A stretch of DNA of 64,000 nucleotides from TPA_inf: Saccharomyces. Its lineage: Eukaryota. Below, piece by piece: positions 18,937 through 30,959 of this stretch. The stretch covers positions 192,001 through 256,000 of the forward strand of contig BK006940.2 of the NCBI GenBank assembly GCA_000146045.2, read 5' to 3'. The stretch's first letter is position 1. Each line of letters opens with the position of its first letter. Made by a program: the position numbers and the translations under genes. The notes beneath the pieces were generated by a model. It was not told where the DNA came from. It did not search any database and saw only the letters and a list, made by a program, of their open reading frames with translations.

Positions 18937-20973
18937 ATGCACTCTCATAGACAAAAGTGGGGCCGCCAGACGGATATAGCGAGGGTGCTCGACGATATAG
19001 AACACGACCTCTATCTACCGCAACGGCTATCACTCGATGGTGCAACTGGTACTGACGAATCACATGTGCAATACGGTATAGTCAAAGACTGCTCTGTGCT
19101 TACGTGTGGCTGCTGTATATCTGAATCGCTATTCAATGATTTATGCAGGGAAACTTCGAACAAGCAAACTGCGTGTCCCATCTGTCAGCGAGAAAATGTT
19201 CGACTACTTTCAGCCATCAAGCCGCTGCGAGATTTGGCTCGTCAGATTGACTTCTTCAGAAGTACTACCGGACAGGGCGAAAGCGAAAGCGATGAGCTCC
19301 CCGCTATAGTAAAGACTTCACCATCATCATCATCACTATCGCTAACGCCATCGCGCTCTTCCTCCACTGCTGGGCTAGAAGCTGATAACAAGACACTATC
19401 AGACCCTACAGTTAAGGAGAAATCATCACTGCTCGAACTCTTCCATATTGTGGCTTCGAAGATGCATAATGCGAATACAGAGGTAGGGTCGGACCACCCA
19501 CTCACGACTGGCACCACCCGTGATCAAGAAGAACACACCACTAAGGAGAATTACTCAAGCAGCTTACTCGAGCCCAACTATGACGACCACGCGAACTGGA
19601 AAATCCTGGATAATGCCTCGAACACAAGAACTGTGCCGATAGATAACAACTTCTCTTTGATGTCTACGGACGTTACAATACCTTCCACAGCAAACTACCA
19701 AACAAATAGTGCACATGATCTGGACGAAGAAAAGGAGTACTTTTTTGCCAACTGTTTCCCCATGTACAGAAAAAAATTTCAGTTCAACACACACCCCAAA
19801 TTCCTAGGGACGAAATCCAAATTATTCATCAACCAAAGCATTTCTCCCGATTGCACCAAATTTGCTCTAATTACTGAACACAAGTGGGAAATTTATTCGA
19901 TTAATCCGAAGGACAACTCTCCTCAACTAGTATCATGTGGCAAGTCTAGTGGAGAATATGGTCCCAACTTCAACCAACTAACAGAGCAATCGTCATCTTC
20001 ACTCTCCACTACTTCTCAAGCGTCAAAAAAGAAAAAGAAAAACTGGAGCCAACGTTTTTGCAAACTTTCCAATGATTTCTTGATAATATCGGGTTCGCAA
20101 AACATTCTTAATGTACACGACATACACCAAAACGGCAAACTCATCTATACCTACGTGTCGAGATTCCCCATCCGATGCATAGACATAGATCCAAGGTCGC
20201 AGATAATAGCCTACGGAATCACCGGAAAGGATAGACATACAGGCGCGGAACAAGCATTAGTCGTGATCCAACAAATTACCAGAAATAAAGTGACTTTGGA
20301 GCCCGAGTTCCCCCCACCAATCACCATAACACTTCCATACAGAGATCCCATCAATACCATACAACTTTCGCACGACGCCAAGTATCTGACATGTTCGACC
20401 GCGCTAGAGTCGCGGTTCTTGATCATATCTTTGCAGAAAATAAACGAACCAAGACTGATAATGAAAAGTGTTCGGTCCATAGACACTTCCTTAGAATCTG
20501 AAGGTATCACTGACACAAAACTTTTCCCAGGAAATCCAAATCTGATGTGTATCACATCAACAGCATTCAATTCATCTCCACTGGTCATAAACACCAAAAT
20601 CACCCAAATTAACGGTGTACGGACCGTGGCACAACCATCCATGCTTATAAGGGTAGATGAGATTGGATGCAAGATTCACAAGTGCGAAATATCACCAAGA
20701 AACGACGCAATTGCCTTCCTCGACCGCAACGGATCAGTTTACATCATGTGTGCCCCCACCATGATGGACAACAACGAAAAAAGAAGGACAATCCTCGTTG
20801 AAACCGTGGCAAATGCCTACAGGGCTTATGAATCAGCTACTTTGCGGTTTAACCCAGAGGGCAACAAGCTTTATATTCTCGACAGAAAGGGGACTTTCTT
20901 TGTGGAAGACTTTGCATATGGCTTGCCCCAATCTCGCGAAATCACCAAATGTAAGCAAATATTCCACAAATAA
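18937..20973 (+). CDS. PTR3: Ptr3, a component of the SPS (Ssy1-Ptr3-Ssy5) amino-acid sensor, 678 aa
   Basis: 678-aa ORF. Position and length match YFR029W. It has a C-terminal WD-like region. Confidence 0.88.
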   Translation: MHSHRQKWGRQTDIARVLDDIEHDLYLPQRLSLDGATGTDESHVQYGIVKDCSVLTCGCCISESLFNDLCRETSNKQTACPICQRENVRLLSAIKPLRDLARQIDFFRSTTGQGESESDELPAIVKTSPSSSSLSLTPSRSSSTAGLEADNKTLSDPTVKEKSSLLELFHIVASKMHNANTEVGSDHPLTTGTTRDQEEHTTKENYSSSLLEPNYDDHANWKILDNASNTRTVPIDNNFSLMSTDVTIPSTANYQTNSAHDLDEEKEYFFANCFPMYRKKFQFNTHPKFLGTKSKLFINQSISPDCTKFALITEHKWEIYSINPKDNSPQLVSCGKSSGEYGPNFNQLTEQSSSSLSTTSQASKKKKKNWSQRFCKLSNDFLIISGSQNILNVHDIHQNGKLIYTYVSRFPIRCIDIDPRSQIIAYGITGKDRHTGAEQALVVIQQITRNKVTLEPEFPPPITITLPYRDPINTIQLSHDAKYLTCSTALESRFLIISLQKINEPRLIMKSVRSIDTSLESEGITDTKLFPGNPNLMCITSTAFNSSPLVINTKITQINGVRTVAQPSMLIRVDEIGCKIHKCEISPRNDAIAFLDRNGSVYIMCAPTMMDNNEKRRTILVETVANAYRAYESATLRFNPEGNKLYILDRKGTFFVEDFAYGLPQSREITKCKQIFHK

Positions 20974-21311
20974 TGCATCTAAATATATACGTATGTTTAA
21001 GGTTCTGGTATACAGGTATTAAAAGAAAACACTATCAACATTCCCAATAAGATATACCACACCACGTGAGCTTATAGAAGCACGTGACCACAATTCACCC
21101 CACAGGTGTGGCTTTTTTGGTGCCGTAGAAAAGACTCATTCATGAATCGTCGGAAACCCATAGTCATCTTCGAGCAAAAGGTATATATAAGCAACAGAGG
21201 GCAGTAGTTCTCGAGACCACCATCTTTTGATTGGAAATAGTTTCGTTTAGATGGGGTGCACATAGTTTTTTTCAACTGCTTTTCCTCGAGGTCACCCAAA
21301 TATACAACGAG

Positions 21312-24300
21312 ATGCCAGTTGAGTTTGCTACCAATCCTTTTGGCGAGGCCAAAAATGCAACTTCACTGCCAAAATATGGTACACCCGTAACTGCCATTTC
21401 ATCTGTGCTGTTCAATAACGTGGACTCCATTTTTGCTTACAAGTCCTTTTCTCAACCCGATTTGCTACACCAAGATCTAAAAAAATGGTCTGAAAAGCGT
21501 GGTAACGAATCACGTGGGAAGCCATTTTTCCAAGAGCTGGATATCAGATCTGGCGCTGGTTTGGCTCCTTTAGGGTTTTCTCATGGATTGAAGAACACTA
21601 CAGCAATTGTTGCTCCAGGGTTTTCGCTGCCATACTTCATTAACTCTTTGAAAACCGTCTCTCATGATGGTAAGTTTCTTTTGAATGTTGGTGCTTTAAA
21701 CTACGACAATGCTACCGGCTCTGTCACCAACGATTATGTAACCGCATTGGATGCTGCTTCCAAGCTGAAGTATGGTGTCGTGACTCCGATTTCCGCTAAC
21801 GAGGTACAAAGTGTCGCCTTACTGGCATTGGCGATTGCCACTTTCAGTAATAACTCCGGAGCTATCAATTTATTTGACGGATTAAACTACTCGAAAACCG
21901 TCTTGCCGTTGGTCGAATCTGTTCCTGAGGCATCTATTTTGGCAAAACTATCCAAAGTTATTGCACCAGATGCTGCCTTTGATGATGTCTTGGATAAGTT
22001 TAATGAATTGACTGGATTGAGACTACATAATTTCCAATACTTTGGTGCTCAGGATGCTGAAACTGTGTTTATCACTTATGGGTCTTTAGAATCCGAATTG
22101 TTCAACTCTGCGATTAGTGGTAATAATTCCAAAATCGGGTTAATCAACGTCAGAGTGCCATTACCTTTTAACGTTGCTAAGTTTGTCACTCACGTTCCAT
22201 CCACTACCAAACAAATTGTTGTTATAGGCCAAACTTTGGATGGTTCTTCGCCTTCTTTCTTGAGATCTCAAGTTTCAGCCGCCTTATTTTACCACGGCCG
22301 CACCTCAATTAGCGTTTCTGAGTACATCTATCAACCAGATTTCATTTGGTCCCCAAAAGCTGTCAAATCAATTGTATCGTCATTCATCCCTGAATTCACT
22401 TACAATGCCGATTCATCTTTCGGCGAAGGATTCATTTATTGGGCCTCTGATAAGAGTATCAATATTGATGTTGCCTCCAAACTTGTGAAAGCTCTGTCTT
22501 TGGAAGATGGGAAATTTGTGTCTTTGAGAACGAAATTTGATAACTTGGCTAATGCTGGTACCTTCCAAGCTCAATTTGTGACCTCGAAAGAACAGATACC
22601 TGTTTCAAACATCGATTCTACGAAATTATCAGTCGTTGAAGATGTCAGTTTATTGAAGCATTTAGACGTAGCTGCTACCGTCGCAGAACAAGGTTCAATT
22701 GCGTTGGTTTCCCAAAAGGCAGTTAAAGATTTGGATTTAAATTCTGTAGAAAGTTACGTCAAGAATTTGGGAATTCCTGAATCATTCCTAATATCTATTG
22801 CGAAGAAAAACATCAAATTGTTTATCATCGATGGTGAGACCACTAACGACGAGTCCAAATTGTCCTTGTTTATCCAAGCCGTTTTCTGGAAATTGGCCTT
22901 CGGTCTAGATGTCGCAGAATGTACCAACCGTATCTGGAAAAGCATTGATTCAGGTGCAGACATTTCAGCAGCCTCGATTTCTGAATTTCTCACTGGTGCA
23001 TTCAAAAACTTCCTCAGTGAGGTTCCGCTAGCGCTGTACACTAAATTTTCTGAAATAAACATTGAAAAGAAAGAGGATGAGGAAGAGCCTGCAGCTTTAC
23101 CAATTTTCGTTAATGAAACATCTTTCCTCCCAAATAACAGTACCATTGAAGAAATACCATTACCTGAGACCTCTGAGATCTCTGATATTGCCAAGAAGTT
23201 GTCCTTCAAAGAGGCATATGAAGTTGAGAATAAACTAAGACCCGATTTACCCGTCAAGAACTTCGTCGTGAAAGTTAAAGAAAATAGACGTGTTACGCCT
23301 GCTGATTATGATAGATATATTTTCCATATTGAATTCGATATTTCTGGTACTGGAATGACTTATGACATCGGTGAAGCCCTCGGTATTCATGCCAGAAACA
23401 ATGAATCTTTGGTCAAAGAATTCTTAACCTTCTATGGTCTAAATGAATCCGATGTTGTCTTAGTCCCCAACAAGGACAACCACCATTTGTTAGAAACAAG
23501 AACCGTCTTACAAGCATTTGTGGAAAATTTGGATATTTTCGGTAAACCACCAAAAAGATTTTACGAATCATTGATTCCATATGCCTCTAACGAAGAGGAG
23601 AAGAAAAAATTAGAGGATTTGGTTACTCCTGCCGGTGCAGTAGATTTGAAGAGATTTCAAGATGTGGAGTATTATACATATGCTGACATTTTTGAATTGT
23701 TCCCATCTGTTCGCCCATCTCTTGAGGAACTTGTTACTATCATTGAACCATTGAAGAGAAGAGAATACTCAATTGCCTCCTCTCAGAAAGTTCATCCAAA
23801 TGAAGTTCATTTATTGATCGTTGTTGTTGATTGGGTGGATAATAAAGGAAGAAAAAGGTACGGTCAAGCTTCTAAGTATATCTCAGACCTTGCTGTCGGT
23901 TCAGAATTGGTCGTTAGCGTTAAACCATCTGTTATGAAATTACCACCATCTCCAAAGCAACCAGTTATTATGAGTGGTTTAGGTACTGGTTTGGCACCAT
24001 TCAAGGCCATTGTTGAAGAGAAATTATGGCAAAAGCAGCAAGGTTATGAGATTGGTGAAGTCTTCCTATATCTAGGTTCAAGACACAAAAGAGAAGAATA
24101 TTTATATGGTGAGTTATGGGAGGCTTACAAAGATGCAGGTATTATCACACACATCGGCGCTGCTTTCTCAAGAGACCAACCTCAAAAAATTTACATTCAA
24201 GATCGTATCAAAGAGAATTTGGATGAATTAAAAACTGCAATGATTGATAATAAAGGTTCATTTTACTTGTGTGGCCCTACTTGGCCAGTTCCAGATATTA

Positions 24301-24419
24301 CTCAAGCTTTGCAAGACATTCTGGCTAAAGACGCCGAGGAAAGAGGCATCAAAGTCGACTTGGATGCCGCAATTGAAGAATTAAAGGAAGCATCAAGATA
24401 CATTTTAGAAGTCTACTAA
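21312..24419 (+). CDS. MET10: Met10, the sulfite reductase (NADPH) alpha subunit, a flavoprotein with FAD/NADPH-binding and flavodoxin-like domains, 1035 aa
   Basis: The track ORF starts at a non-ATG at 21231. The first ATG at 21312 (MPVEFATNPFGE) gives 1035 aa. The C-terminal FNR-like region has RxYSIAS and GTGLAPF motifs. Confidence 0.93.
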   Translation: MPVEFATNPFGEAKNATSLPKYGTPVTAISSVLFNNVDSIFAYKSFSQPDLLHQDLKKWSEKRGNESRGKPFFQELDIRSGAGLAPLGFSHGLKNTTAIVAPGFSLPYFINSLKTVSHDGKFLLNVGALNYDNATGSVTNDYVTALDAASKLKYGVVTPISANEVQSVALLALAIATFSNNSGAINLFDGLNYSKTVLPLVESVPEASILAKLSKVIAPDAAFDDVLDKFNELTGLRLHNFQYFGAQDAETVFITYGSLESELFNSAISGNNSKIGLINVRVPLPFNVAKFVTHVPSTTKQIVVIGQTLDGSSPSFLRSQVSAALFYHGRTSISVSEYIYQPDFIWSPKAVKSIVSSFIPEFTYNADSSFGEGFIYWASDKSINIDVASKLVKALSLEDGKFVSLRTKFDNLANAGTFQAQFVTSKEQIPVSNIDSTKLSVVEDVSLLKHLDVAATVAEQGSIALVSQKAVKDLDLNSVESYVKNLGIPESFLISIAKKNIKLFIIDGETTNDESKLSLFIQAVFWKLAFGLDVAECTNRIWKSIDSGADISAASISEFLTGAFKNFLSEVPLALYTKFSEINIEKKEDEEEPAALPIFVNETSFLPNNSTIEEIPLPETSEISDIAKKLSFKEAYEVENKLRPDLPVKNFVVKVKENRRVTPADYDRYIFHIEFDISGTGMTYDIGEALGIHARNNESLVKEFLTFYGLNESDVVLVPNKDNHHLLETRTVLQAFVENLDIFGKPPKRFYESLIPYASNEEEKKKLEDLVTPAGAVDLKRFQDVEYYTYADIFELFPSVRPSLEELVTIIEPLKRREYSIASSQKVHPNEVHLLIVVVDWVDNKGRKRYGQASKYISDLAVGSELVVSVKPSVMKLPPSPKQPVIMSGLGTGLAPFKAIVEEKLWQKQQGYEIGEVFLYLGSRHKREEYLYGELWEAYKDAGIITHIGAAFSRDQPQKIYIQDRIKENLDELKTAMIDNKGSFYLCGPTWPVPDITQALQDILAKDAEERGIKVDLDAAIEELKEASRYILEVY

Positions 24420-24593
24420 ATTAATATAGTAATAAAAACTAAATATCTATTTATTGAACCTGTCTTGAACATTTCTATTTTTTTTTTACTTTTAGTTTTC
24501 TTCTATGCGCAAGCTTTTCTATTGGCTGCCAAATAGAAAATTATTGAAATATGATTACATTACAATATTTATTTGTCTTATGAAAACTAACCA

Positions 24594-27500
24594 TCACATT
24601 ATACTAACTACGGAGGTACCATCTTGAAATCTCGTCCTGAAGACCCTATTAGCATTGGCAAACATACCTTCTTTAAGCGAGACTACAATGAACTGAGATC
24701 CTTTAAACCTTGTTTTAATCAAATGACCTATATTTTGCGTATGACTTAAATCAAGAGCAGCATCAACTTCATCCAAAATATACATAGGCGCTGGTCGAAA
24801 TTGCAACAATGCCATAATCAATGACAAAGCAATCAACGACCTTTGCCCACCGGACAATTCAATCAAACTTTCCTTCCATATATTACCAAGCTTTACTTTA
24901 ACCTCTAAACCCTGCGTTACGTCCTTACCTTCGCATGGAACCAATTTTGCAAATGAATTTGGTAAAAGGTCTGCAAAAATATTACCAAAATCAAGTGTCA
25001 CTTTCTCCCATGTTTTGACTAAAGTTTCTCTTTTATATTCGTTCAACTTCGATATAGTCTCTTGGATTTTCATCTTATCTTTTTCAATCGTTTTAATCAT
25101 TGTTTTTAATGCTGCCTCCTTTTTCTCAACATTTTCTATCATATTCATAATATTTGGATTAACTTTTTTTCTGAGCTCTTGAAACTTCTCGTTCAATTGT
25201 TTACTCCTTTCTCTGTAAGTATCCAAATCGATACCCTCATTTTGTTTGACGATATTTCTCACCAGATCAAAATCCTCAAGAAATTCGTGTTTCTGTCGCA
25301 GATCTTCAATTATCTTTTCCATGTTGTTCGTATTAGACTTATATTTGTTCAAGTCATGGACCAATTTTTGTAGTTCTAATTCACTGCTTTTTTTCTCGTC
25401 CTGTTTTTTCTTTATCAATGTTTCTAATTCATTTAGTTCATCATCAATGTCCATCAACCTTTTCTTTTCTTCGTTCAGTTCTGTCTGGACTGTTACAAGG
25501 TCGTCTTCAACACCTCGTATCTTTCCCTCCAAATCAGAATTTTCCAATTTCAAACTTTCAATAGATTTCAAATGGTTATGCAATAGCGTCTTATTAGAAT
25601 CTAGTTCTGAGCTCAATTGCTCTGTTTCTAATTCCAAGTTTTGAAACAAGTCATATTTACGTTCTGACTCCGATTCCTGCTCCTCCAGCTCTTTCGCCAA
25701 TAGTTTCAATTCCTTCTTTAATTCATTTAACTTGGATCCTTTATCGCTATCGTACTCCTTCATGTCTTTTTCAATGGTCGAAACTTCTTCTTGACATTTC
25801 TTTAAGCTCATTTGCTTGGTTTTGATTTCATTCTCACACTCTCCAATGTCCCTCAAAATTTCTTCATTCCTAGCAATTATTTGGGAAGATGGATTCGCGT
25901 CGAGATTACGCTTAGCCAAATCCAATTTATGCAACGAGAGATTTAAATCACTTTGAATGGTCTTTGTTTTTTGCGATGTAGCATATTGCGTCTGTAGCTC
26001 TTCCGTTACATGGTTGAGATCAGCCTGAATGGTCTCAATTTGTTTTTGAATTTGATTGTATTTTTGAATATCAACTAATAACGATTCAGAGGTATTTCTA
26101 CTACCACCAGACAATGTACCCTCTGGGTCGTATACATCACCTTGAAGGGTGATACTTCTAGCGCGGATCTTTGGATGGAAGGTAATTTTCTTTGCTGTTT
26201 CCGGATCTTCACAGATTAAACTATTTCCAAAAATAAATTCCATCGCTTTAGTGATAGATTCATCAAACCTTATTAAATTTATTGCCAATTCAACTTTCCC
26301 AGGAGCAATTTTCTTGGCTAAATCAAGCACTTGAGAACTTATTGGCCTCGTATATATCTTATCAAGAGGTATGATGGTAACACGCTTGCGTAATCTTCCT
26401 CTTTCTAATAGCTGAGTGGCCGTCTGAGAATCTTGAACAACAACATTGAATAGCCTACCTCCGGCACAAGTTTGCAAAGCAGTAGCATAGCGAATATTAT
26501 CATTATCTATCTGGAAAAGTTGACCCACCACCCCATGGACAAAGCTGGCTTCAAAATTAGGATAAGGTTTCGTATAGTTAAATTCCAGATTTGTTACGCG
26601 TCTTTTTAAATATTCAGAGTTCTTACATGTTTGATAATAATGGCTCTTCAATTTATCCTCTCTTTGCTTCAGGTCTTTAATTCGTGATGGATCAAACCCA
26701 TATTCGACTAGTCGGGCTCGTAGTTTATCGCACGTTTCTTGGCATTGTTTAACATGCTTCACATTTAACTCGTTATCTTTCGTGGCCTCCTTTAATTTAG
26801 GTTCAATTGTCAATAGCTCTTTCTTCAACAACTCCATTTTCATGCTTGATTTTTTTATCGCCAAGGAGACTTCATTCAGCTCAGTCTTTGCCTTGGCCAA
26901 CTGTGCGTTATAACCACCGTCTGCGGCACCGGTCGAGGAAATACCTGTGGTTAAAGTGGAAACTAATTCTTCTTTTCGTTTATAAAGATCCCTTTGTTTA
27001 CTGAGTTGTTCCTGCACCATTTTATAATCCTTTTCAGTGTTAGCGTATGCCGATTTTTTTTCGATTAGCTTTGCAGAGGAACTTGCAATTTCTGACTCCA
27101 GAGCCTTTGATTTTTCAGTAGTATCATTCAAATTTTCTACTTTTATCGACAGTGAAGTTTTCAAACGAGAAATTTCATTTAAAAGACCGTTCTCCTTATT
27201 TTCCAACTTGGAGATTGTGCCTTCTTTGTGTAGTTCTTTTTCTTTCTGAAGTTTGATTTCCTCGACATCCTCATTCAAACTGTCTATTTCTTCGGAAGTT
27301 TTCTTAACAAATTCATTTAACATTTTCATACGAGTCTCACCGTTCTCCAGAGTTTCTCTTATTGATGTATGTTTATGTTTAATGTTATAGTATTCATAGG
27401 ATACAACAATTCGTTCAGTTTTTTCCAAATCAGTCTGAGTAGACTGAAATTCTAGGAACATTCTCTTTTCGTTTCGAAGTTTTTCCAGTTTAGGTTCGAT

Positions 27501-28106
27501 CTCTTCAGTTAACAGAGTCCTGTTCTCCTGTAATTTAGTTTCTTTCTTAGACATTGTTCTTTCTGCCTTTTCCCTACGATCCTCGAACATTTTTGTCCCT
27601 GCTGCCTCTTCAATCAGTGATAAGATCTCTGAGGGTTTCATATTCAAAACCTTGGTAATTTTACCTTGCATGATTAAAAAATTAGGATTATTGATATTTA
27701 ACTGCACGGATTGAAATAGTTGCAAAACCGACTGTTGAGGTGCCCTATGCCCATTTATCAGATATTTAGAAGTTCCACCAAGCACGACTTGCCTTGTAAC
27801 AGAGATTTGAGGAGAGTTAGTGAACCCAATGGGAGAATTTGATTTATCGGTATTATCAAAAACAATGGTTACGCTTGCCTTGGTAACACCTGCTTGACCA
27901 CGCTTATAGATCAAATCTTGCAGGCTAGATGCTCGCACAGTGCTCATTGATGCTATACCGAGCACGAAGCAAATGGCGTCCAAAATGTTCGACTTACCGG
28001 ACCCATTTAGACCTGTAATAGCATTGAATTGAGGGTCCCAATCAGTAATGACTGTTCTTGTAGCGTATGATTTGAAACCATCAATAATCAATTCCTCTAC
28101 CTTCAT
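24594..28106 (-). CDS. SMC2: Smc2, a condensin SMC ATPase with long coiled coils and a hinge, 1170 aa
   Basis: 1170-aa ORF. An N-terminal Walker A motif (GLNGSGKSN), a C-terminal LSGGQ signature plus Walker B (LDEVDAALD), and an extensive coiled coil. Confidence 0.95.
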   Translation of the reverse strand: MKVEELIIDGFKSYATRTVITDWDPQFNAITGLNGSGKSNILDAICFVLGIASMSTVRASSLQDLIYKRGQAGVTKASVTIVFDNTDKSNSPIGFTNSPQISVTRQVVLGGTSKYLINGHRAPQQSVLQLFQSVQLNINNPNFLIMQGKITKVLNMKPSEILSLIEEAAGTKMFEDRREKAERTMSKKETKLQENRTLLTEEIEPKLEKLRNEKRMFLEFQSTQTDLEKTERIVVSYEYYNIKHKHTSIRETLENGETRMKMLNEFVKKTSEEIDSLNEDVEEIKLQKEKELHKEGTISKLENKENGLLNEISRLKTSLSIKVENLNDTTEKSKALESEIASSSAKLIEKKSAYANTEKDYKMVQEQLSKQRDLYKRKEELVSTLTTGISSTGAADGGYNAQLAKAKTELNEVSLAIKKSSMKMELLKKELLTIEPKLKEATKDNELNVKHVKQCQETCDKLRARLVEYGFDPSRIKDLKQREDKLKSHYYQTCKNSEYLKRRVTNLEFNYTKPYPNFEASFVHGVVGQLFQIDNDNIRYATALQTCAGGRLFNVVVQDSQTATQLLERGRLRKRVTIIPLDKIYTRPISSQVLDLAKKIAPGKVELAINLIRFDESITKAMEFIFGNSLICEDPETAKKITFHPKIRARSITLQGDVYDPEGTLSGGSRNTSESLLVDIQKYNQIQKQIETIQADLNHVTEELQTQYATSQKTKTIQSDLNLSLHKLDLAKRNLDANPSSQIIARNEEILRDIGECENEIKTKQMSLKKCQEEVSTIEKDMKEYDSDKGSKLNELKKELKLLAKELEEQESESERKYDLFQNLELETEQLSSELDSNKTLLHNHLKSIESLKLENSDLEGKIRGVEDDLVTVQTELNEEKKRLMDIDDELNELETLIKKKQDEKKSSELELQKLVHDLNKYKSNTNNMEKIIEDLRQKHEFLEDFDLVRNIVKQNEGIDLDTYRERSKQLNEKFQELRKKVNPNIMNMIENVEKKEAALKTMIKTIEKDKMKIQETISKLNEYKRETLVKTWEKVTLDFGNIFADLLPNSFAKLVPCEGKDVTQGLEVKVKLGNIWKESLIELSGGQRSLIALSLIMALLQFRPAPMYILDEVDAALDLSHTQNIGHLIKTRFKGSQFIVVSLKEGMFANANRVFRTRFQDGTSVVSIM

Positions 28107-28506
28107 GCGGTAACGATACTAAAATTGACTTGTATTTACGTGGTCTGCCTCGAGATTTCTTGACTGCACCGTGTGTTTACTGTTGTTGATCTTAAAATTA
28201 GAAATGCCCATCATCAGAGCCACGCAACACGGTAATCACTATAAACGCGTAAGGCAGAAAGCCATTTTATTCAAGAAGTCAACCCCCTCCATGAAGCAAT
28301 GCTTCACAGGGGAGAAGGGGGGAGCTTATGAGAGTATATTAAAGTTTACTTTGAAGAAATATTCTATTACTACAGAACAAAATCTAATTTAGAAATTTTT
28401 CTTTAAAAATAAGTGTTATGTTATATTGTATTGTTTGCTTTGAGGAATTTTTTGAGTTATCTTTTTTTTTTTAGATCTTGCTTAAAGAATGACTATTTTA
28501 CATAAT

Positions 28507-29418
28507 CTAATCTTGGGTCTTTTGAGAACCACGTAACAAACCAGTTCTTCTGGCGGCAATCAAACCGGCCTTTTGACCAGAAACAGCACCTCTAGAGATG
28601 GTAGAAGCCTTACCAATATGTTGATGGTTACCACCACCGTGAGGGTGATCAACTGGATTCATGGCAACACCACGGGTCTTTGGCCAAGAGTTTCTCTTCA
28701 ATCTGTACTTGTGGAAAGCACGACCAGCCTTCAACAATGGTTTGTCAACTCTACCACCACCGGCAATGACACCGATGACACCTCTGGCATCAGAAGAGAT
28801 AACCTTCTTGGCACCGGATGGTAATCTGACTCTAGTCTTGTTTTCGTCTGGGTTGTGACCGATGATAATAACGTAGTTACCGGAAGCTCTGGCTAGGGCA
28901 CCTCTGTCACCTGGCTTTTCTTCAACGTTGGAGACAATGGTACCTTCTGGGACAGAACCCAATGGCAAGACGTTACCGACGTTCAAAGAAGCCTTCTTAC
29001 CGGCGTAAATGAATTGACCAGTGTGGACACCTTCGTTAGCAATAAAGATTTCTTCACGCAATCTGTACTTGTATGGGTCACGGAAGACAACCTTGGCCAA
29101 TGGGGCACCTCTACCGGAGTCGTGGACAATTTGCTTAACGATACCACGAATGTAACCGTGACGTTCAGCATAATCCAAAGTTCTCAACTTGGCAGCACCT
29201 TGTCTCAATCTGGTGTGGGAGGTAAAGATAGAACCAGCACCCTTTCTTTGGTTACGAATAACTCTACCTGAATAAAAAATAATGAGAAAAAACACAGTTC
29301 TGTTAGTATACACGATACATTTTCAACAAAAGGAATAAAAAGACTGTAAAAGGGTGTGATGACATTGCGCCATTACGACAATCACATGGTTGTTAAATCA
29401 CGGTGCTGACATACCCAT
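28507..29418 (-). CDS. RPL2A: Ribosomal protein uL2 (RPL2A), 254 aa. The gene is spliced: exon 1 is 29415..29418 (ATGG), the intron is 29268..29414 (147 nt), and exon 2 is 28507..29267.
   Basis: Minus-strand ATGG is followed by GTATGT, seen as acatac on the plus strand at 29409-14. A TACTAAC branchpoint is seen as gttagta near 29302. The acceptor is ttcag|GTAGAGTT. The joined ORF encodes [16 protein letters not shown]..., matching uL2. Confidence 0.9.
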
Positions 29419-30089
29419 TGCTTATTGATCTAATGGTTTCTTAGTTTGCTCAGAAATGGTTATTAGTCGCTAAAAAATGACCCAATAATAAAAAAAACGA
29501 GGTAATGATATTGAAGGAGGGGAGGGGCAGGGTTCAATCGATTATGCCTATGCGATAGTGCATTGCGTAGTAATCCATAGGTTCACATCCATGTGCACTG
29601 GTGCTGCGTTTGGCAATTCCCATACTATTCCAGATTGATCTGATCGTGCAGAGCAATGCCAAACCATCGACCGTAGGCCCAACGGTGAAACAATACGCGG
29701 AGAACGCTTAGCCGCTAGGCAGAACGCCTAGTTTACACAGTGGGAGAATGAGGATAGGCCTCTGCCTACGGTACCTTCGAATACAGGGAAAGTGGGAAGA
29801 GTGAGCTGCCGAAGTGAAAGAGGCTTACGCATTTTTTCTTTGGGAAGCGGACGCAGGACTAAGCTCATCATTTTCGAAAAAAAAAGAAAGTTGGAGCCGG
29901 AAAGGAATTGGGTGTTAAAAATGTACGGGTGAAAAAAGTCTTATTTTGTCTTAAAAGGGGTTCCCCCAGCCGCAAAAGAAAAGAAAAGAAAAATAATAGA
30001 TCAATTTTAGTTTACTTAGCAATAAACGAATATATGTATTTTATGTTAAGTTCTCACTGTTTATACCCCCTTTTCAATTTTATAAAGAT

Positions 30090-30959
30090 CTAAGTAGCAG
30101 CCACGGTTGGACGATCGGAAGACGAAGCAGGCGGAGGTGGGACATCATTGGTTTCCGCATTGTCTTGCCCTTCCTGCACTTGCTCCGCTGGCTCTACTGG
30201 CGCTGGCGCTGGCGCTGGCTCTGCCAATGCTGCTGGAGGTGGGTCGCGCGCATTGGTTAAGTTGTCCTTGACCAATTGTTTAATTTCTTGAATCTTAGAG
30301 ACGTAAGCGGGCTTCACTATTATCGATTTGCCCCTCAAAGTAGCTGTCTTGGCCACACTGTCACAAATGTCCCCAATTGGGGTTTCAGATTGCAAAGTGA
30401 CCAAAGCGGCAGTAATTTGGTGTGGAGCAAAAGGAATACACTTTCTCCTGTACACCTTGGACCTGTAAATCCAGATTTCTTGAGGCGAGTAGAGCTGGAA
30501 CAACTCACGGATCTCACTGTCGGTTATATCGTCTGGCAGGTCGTGACAGTAAACCGTATCCGCGGCAGTCTCTGGTGTCTTCTTAACCTTATTTTTTTCT
30601 TTGGGCTTCTTTACATCCGTGTCTGGAGTAGAGTCTGCCTCGTAAGGAACGTGTAACTTTAGAAATAGTTTCTGATTTTGGAAAACGGTTCCGTTCAAGT
30701 CTTGAATGGCCTTCAAAGCCAGAGTATTGTTTGCGAACTGGGCAAATGCTATGCCTAGTGGTTTGCGAGGGTTGCTATTGTGCCTTTTGCTGAATCTGCG
30801 GACGGTCTGCGTTGGAATCAACACTGAACTGGCGCCATAGTTGTTTAGGAAGGCATGTAGGTCTCGCTCACTCGCCGTGAATGGCAGGTTCGAAATGTAA
30901 ACTGTGGTAATGGTAGTGGTAGTGTCACTGGTAGTGTCATTGTTAACTTGTTCTGTCAT
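30090..30959 (-). CDS. RRT5: Rrt5, an RRM-containing protein (regulator of rDNA transcription), 289 aa
   Basis: 289-aa ORF with two RRM-like segments (VYISNLPFTASERDL; VYCHDLPDDITDSEI). Position matches YFR032C. Confidence 0.78.
   Translation of the reverse strand: MTEQVNNDTTSDTTTTITTVYISNLPFTASERDLHAFLNNYGASSVLIPTQTVRRFSKRHNSNPRKPLGIAFAQFANNTLALKAIQDLNGTVFQNQKLFLKLHVPYEADSTPDTDVKKPKEKNKVKKTPETAADTVYCHDLPDDITDSEIRELFQLYSPQEIWIYRSKVYRRKCIPFAPHQITAALVTLQSETPIGDICDSVAKTATLRGKSIIVKPAYVSKIQEIKQLVKDNLTNARDPPPAALAEPAPAPAPVEPAEQVQEGQDNAETNDVPPPPASSSDRPTVAAT

Noticed and set aside
29420-29900. Possible snoRNA or Rap1 site in the RPL2A upstream region (ACATCCATGTGCA resembles the Rap1 consensus ACACCCATACATT)
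   Set aside because: It matches only partially. No C/D or H/ACA boxes were identified by eye, so it is not reported as a feature.
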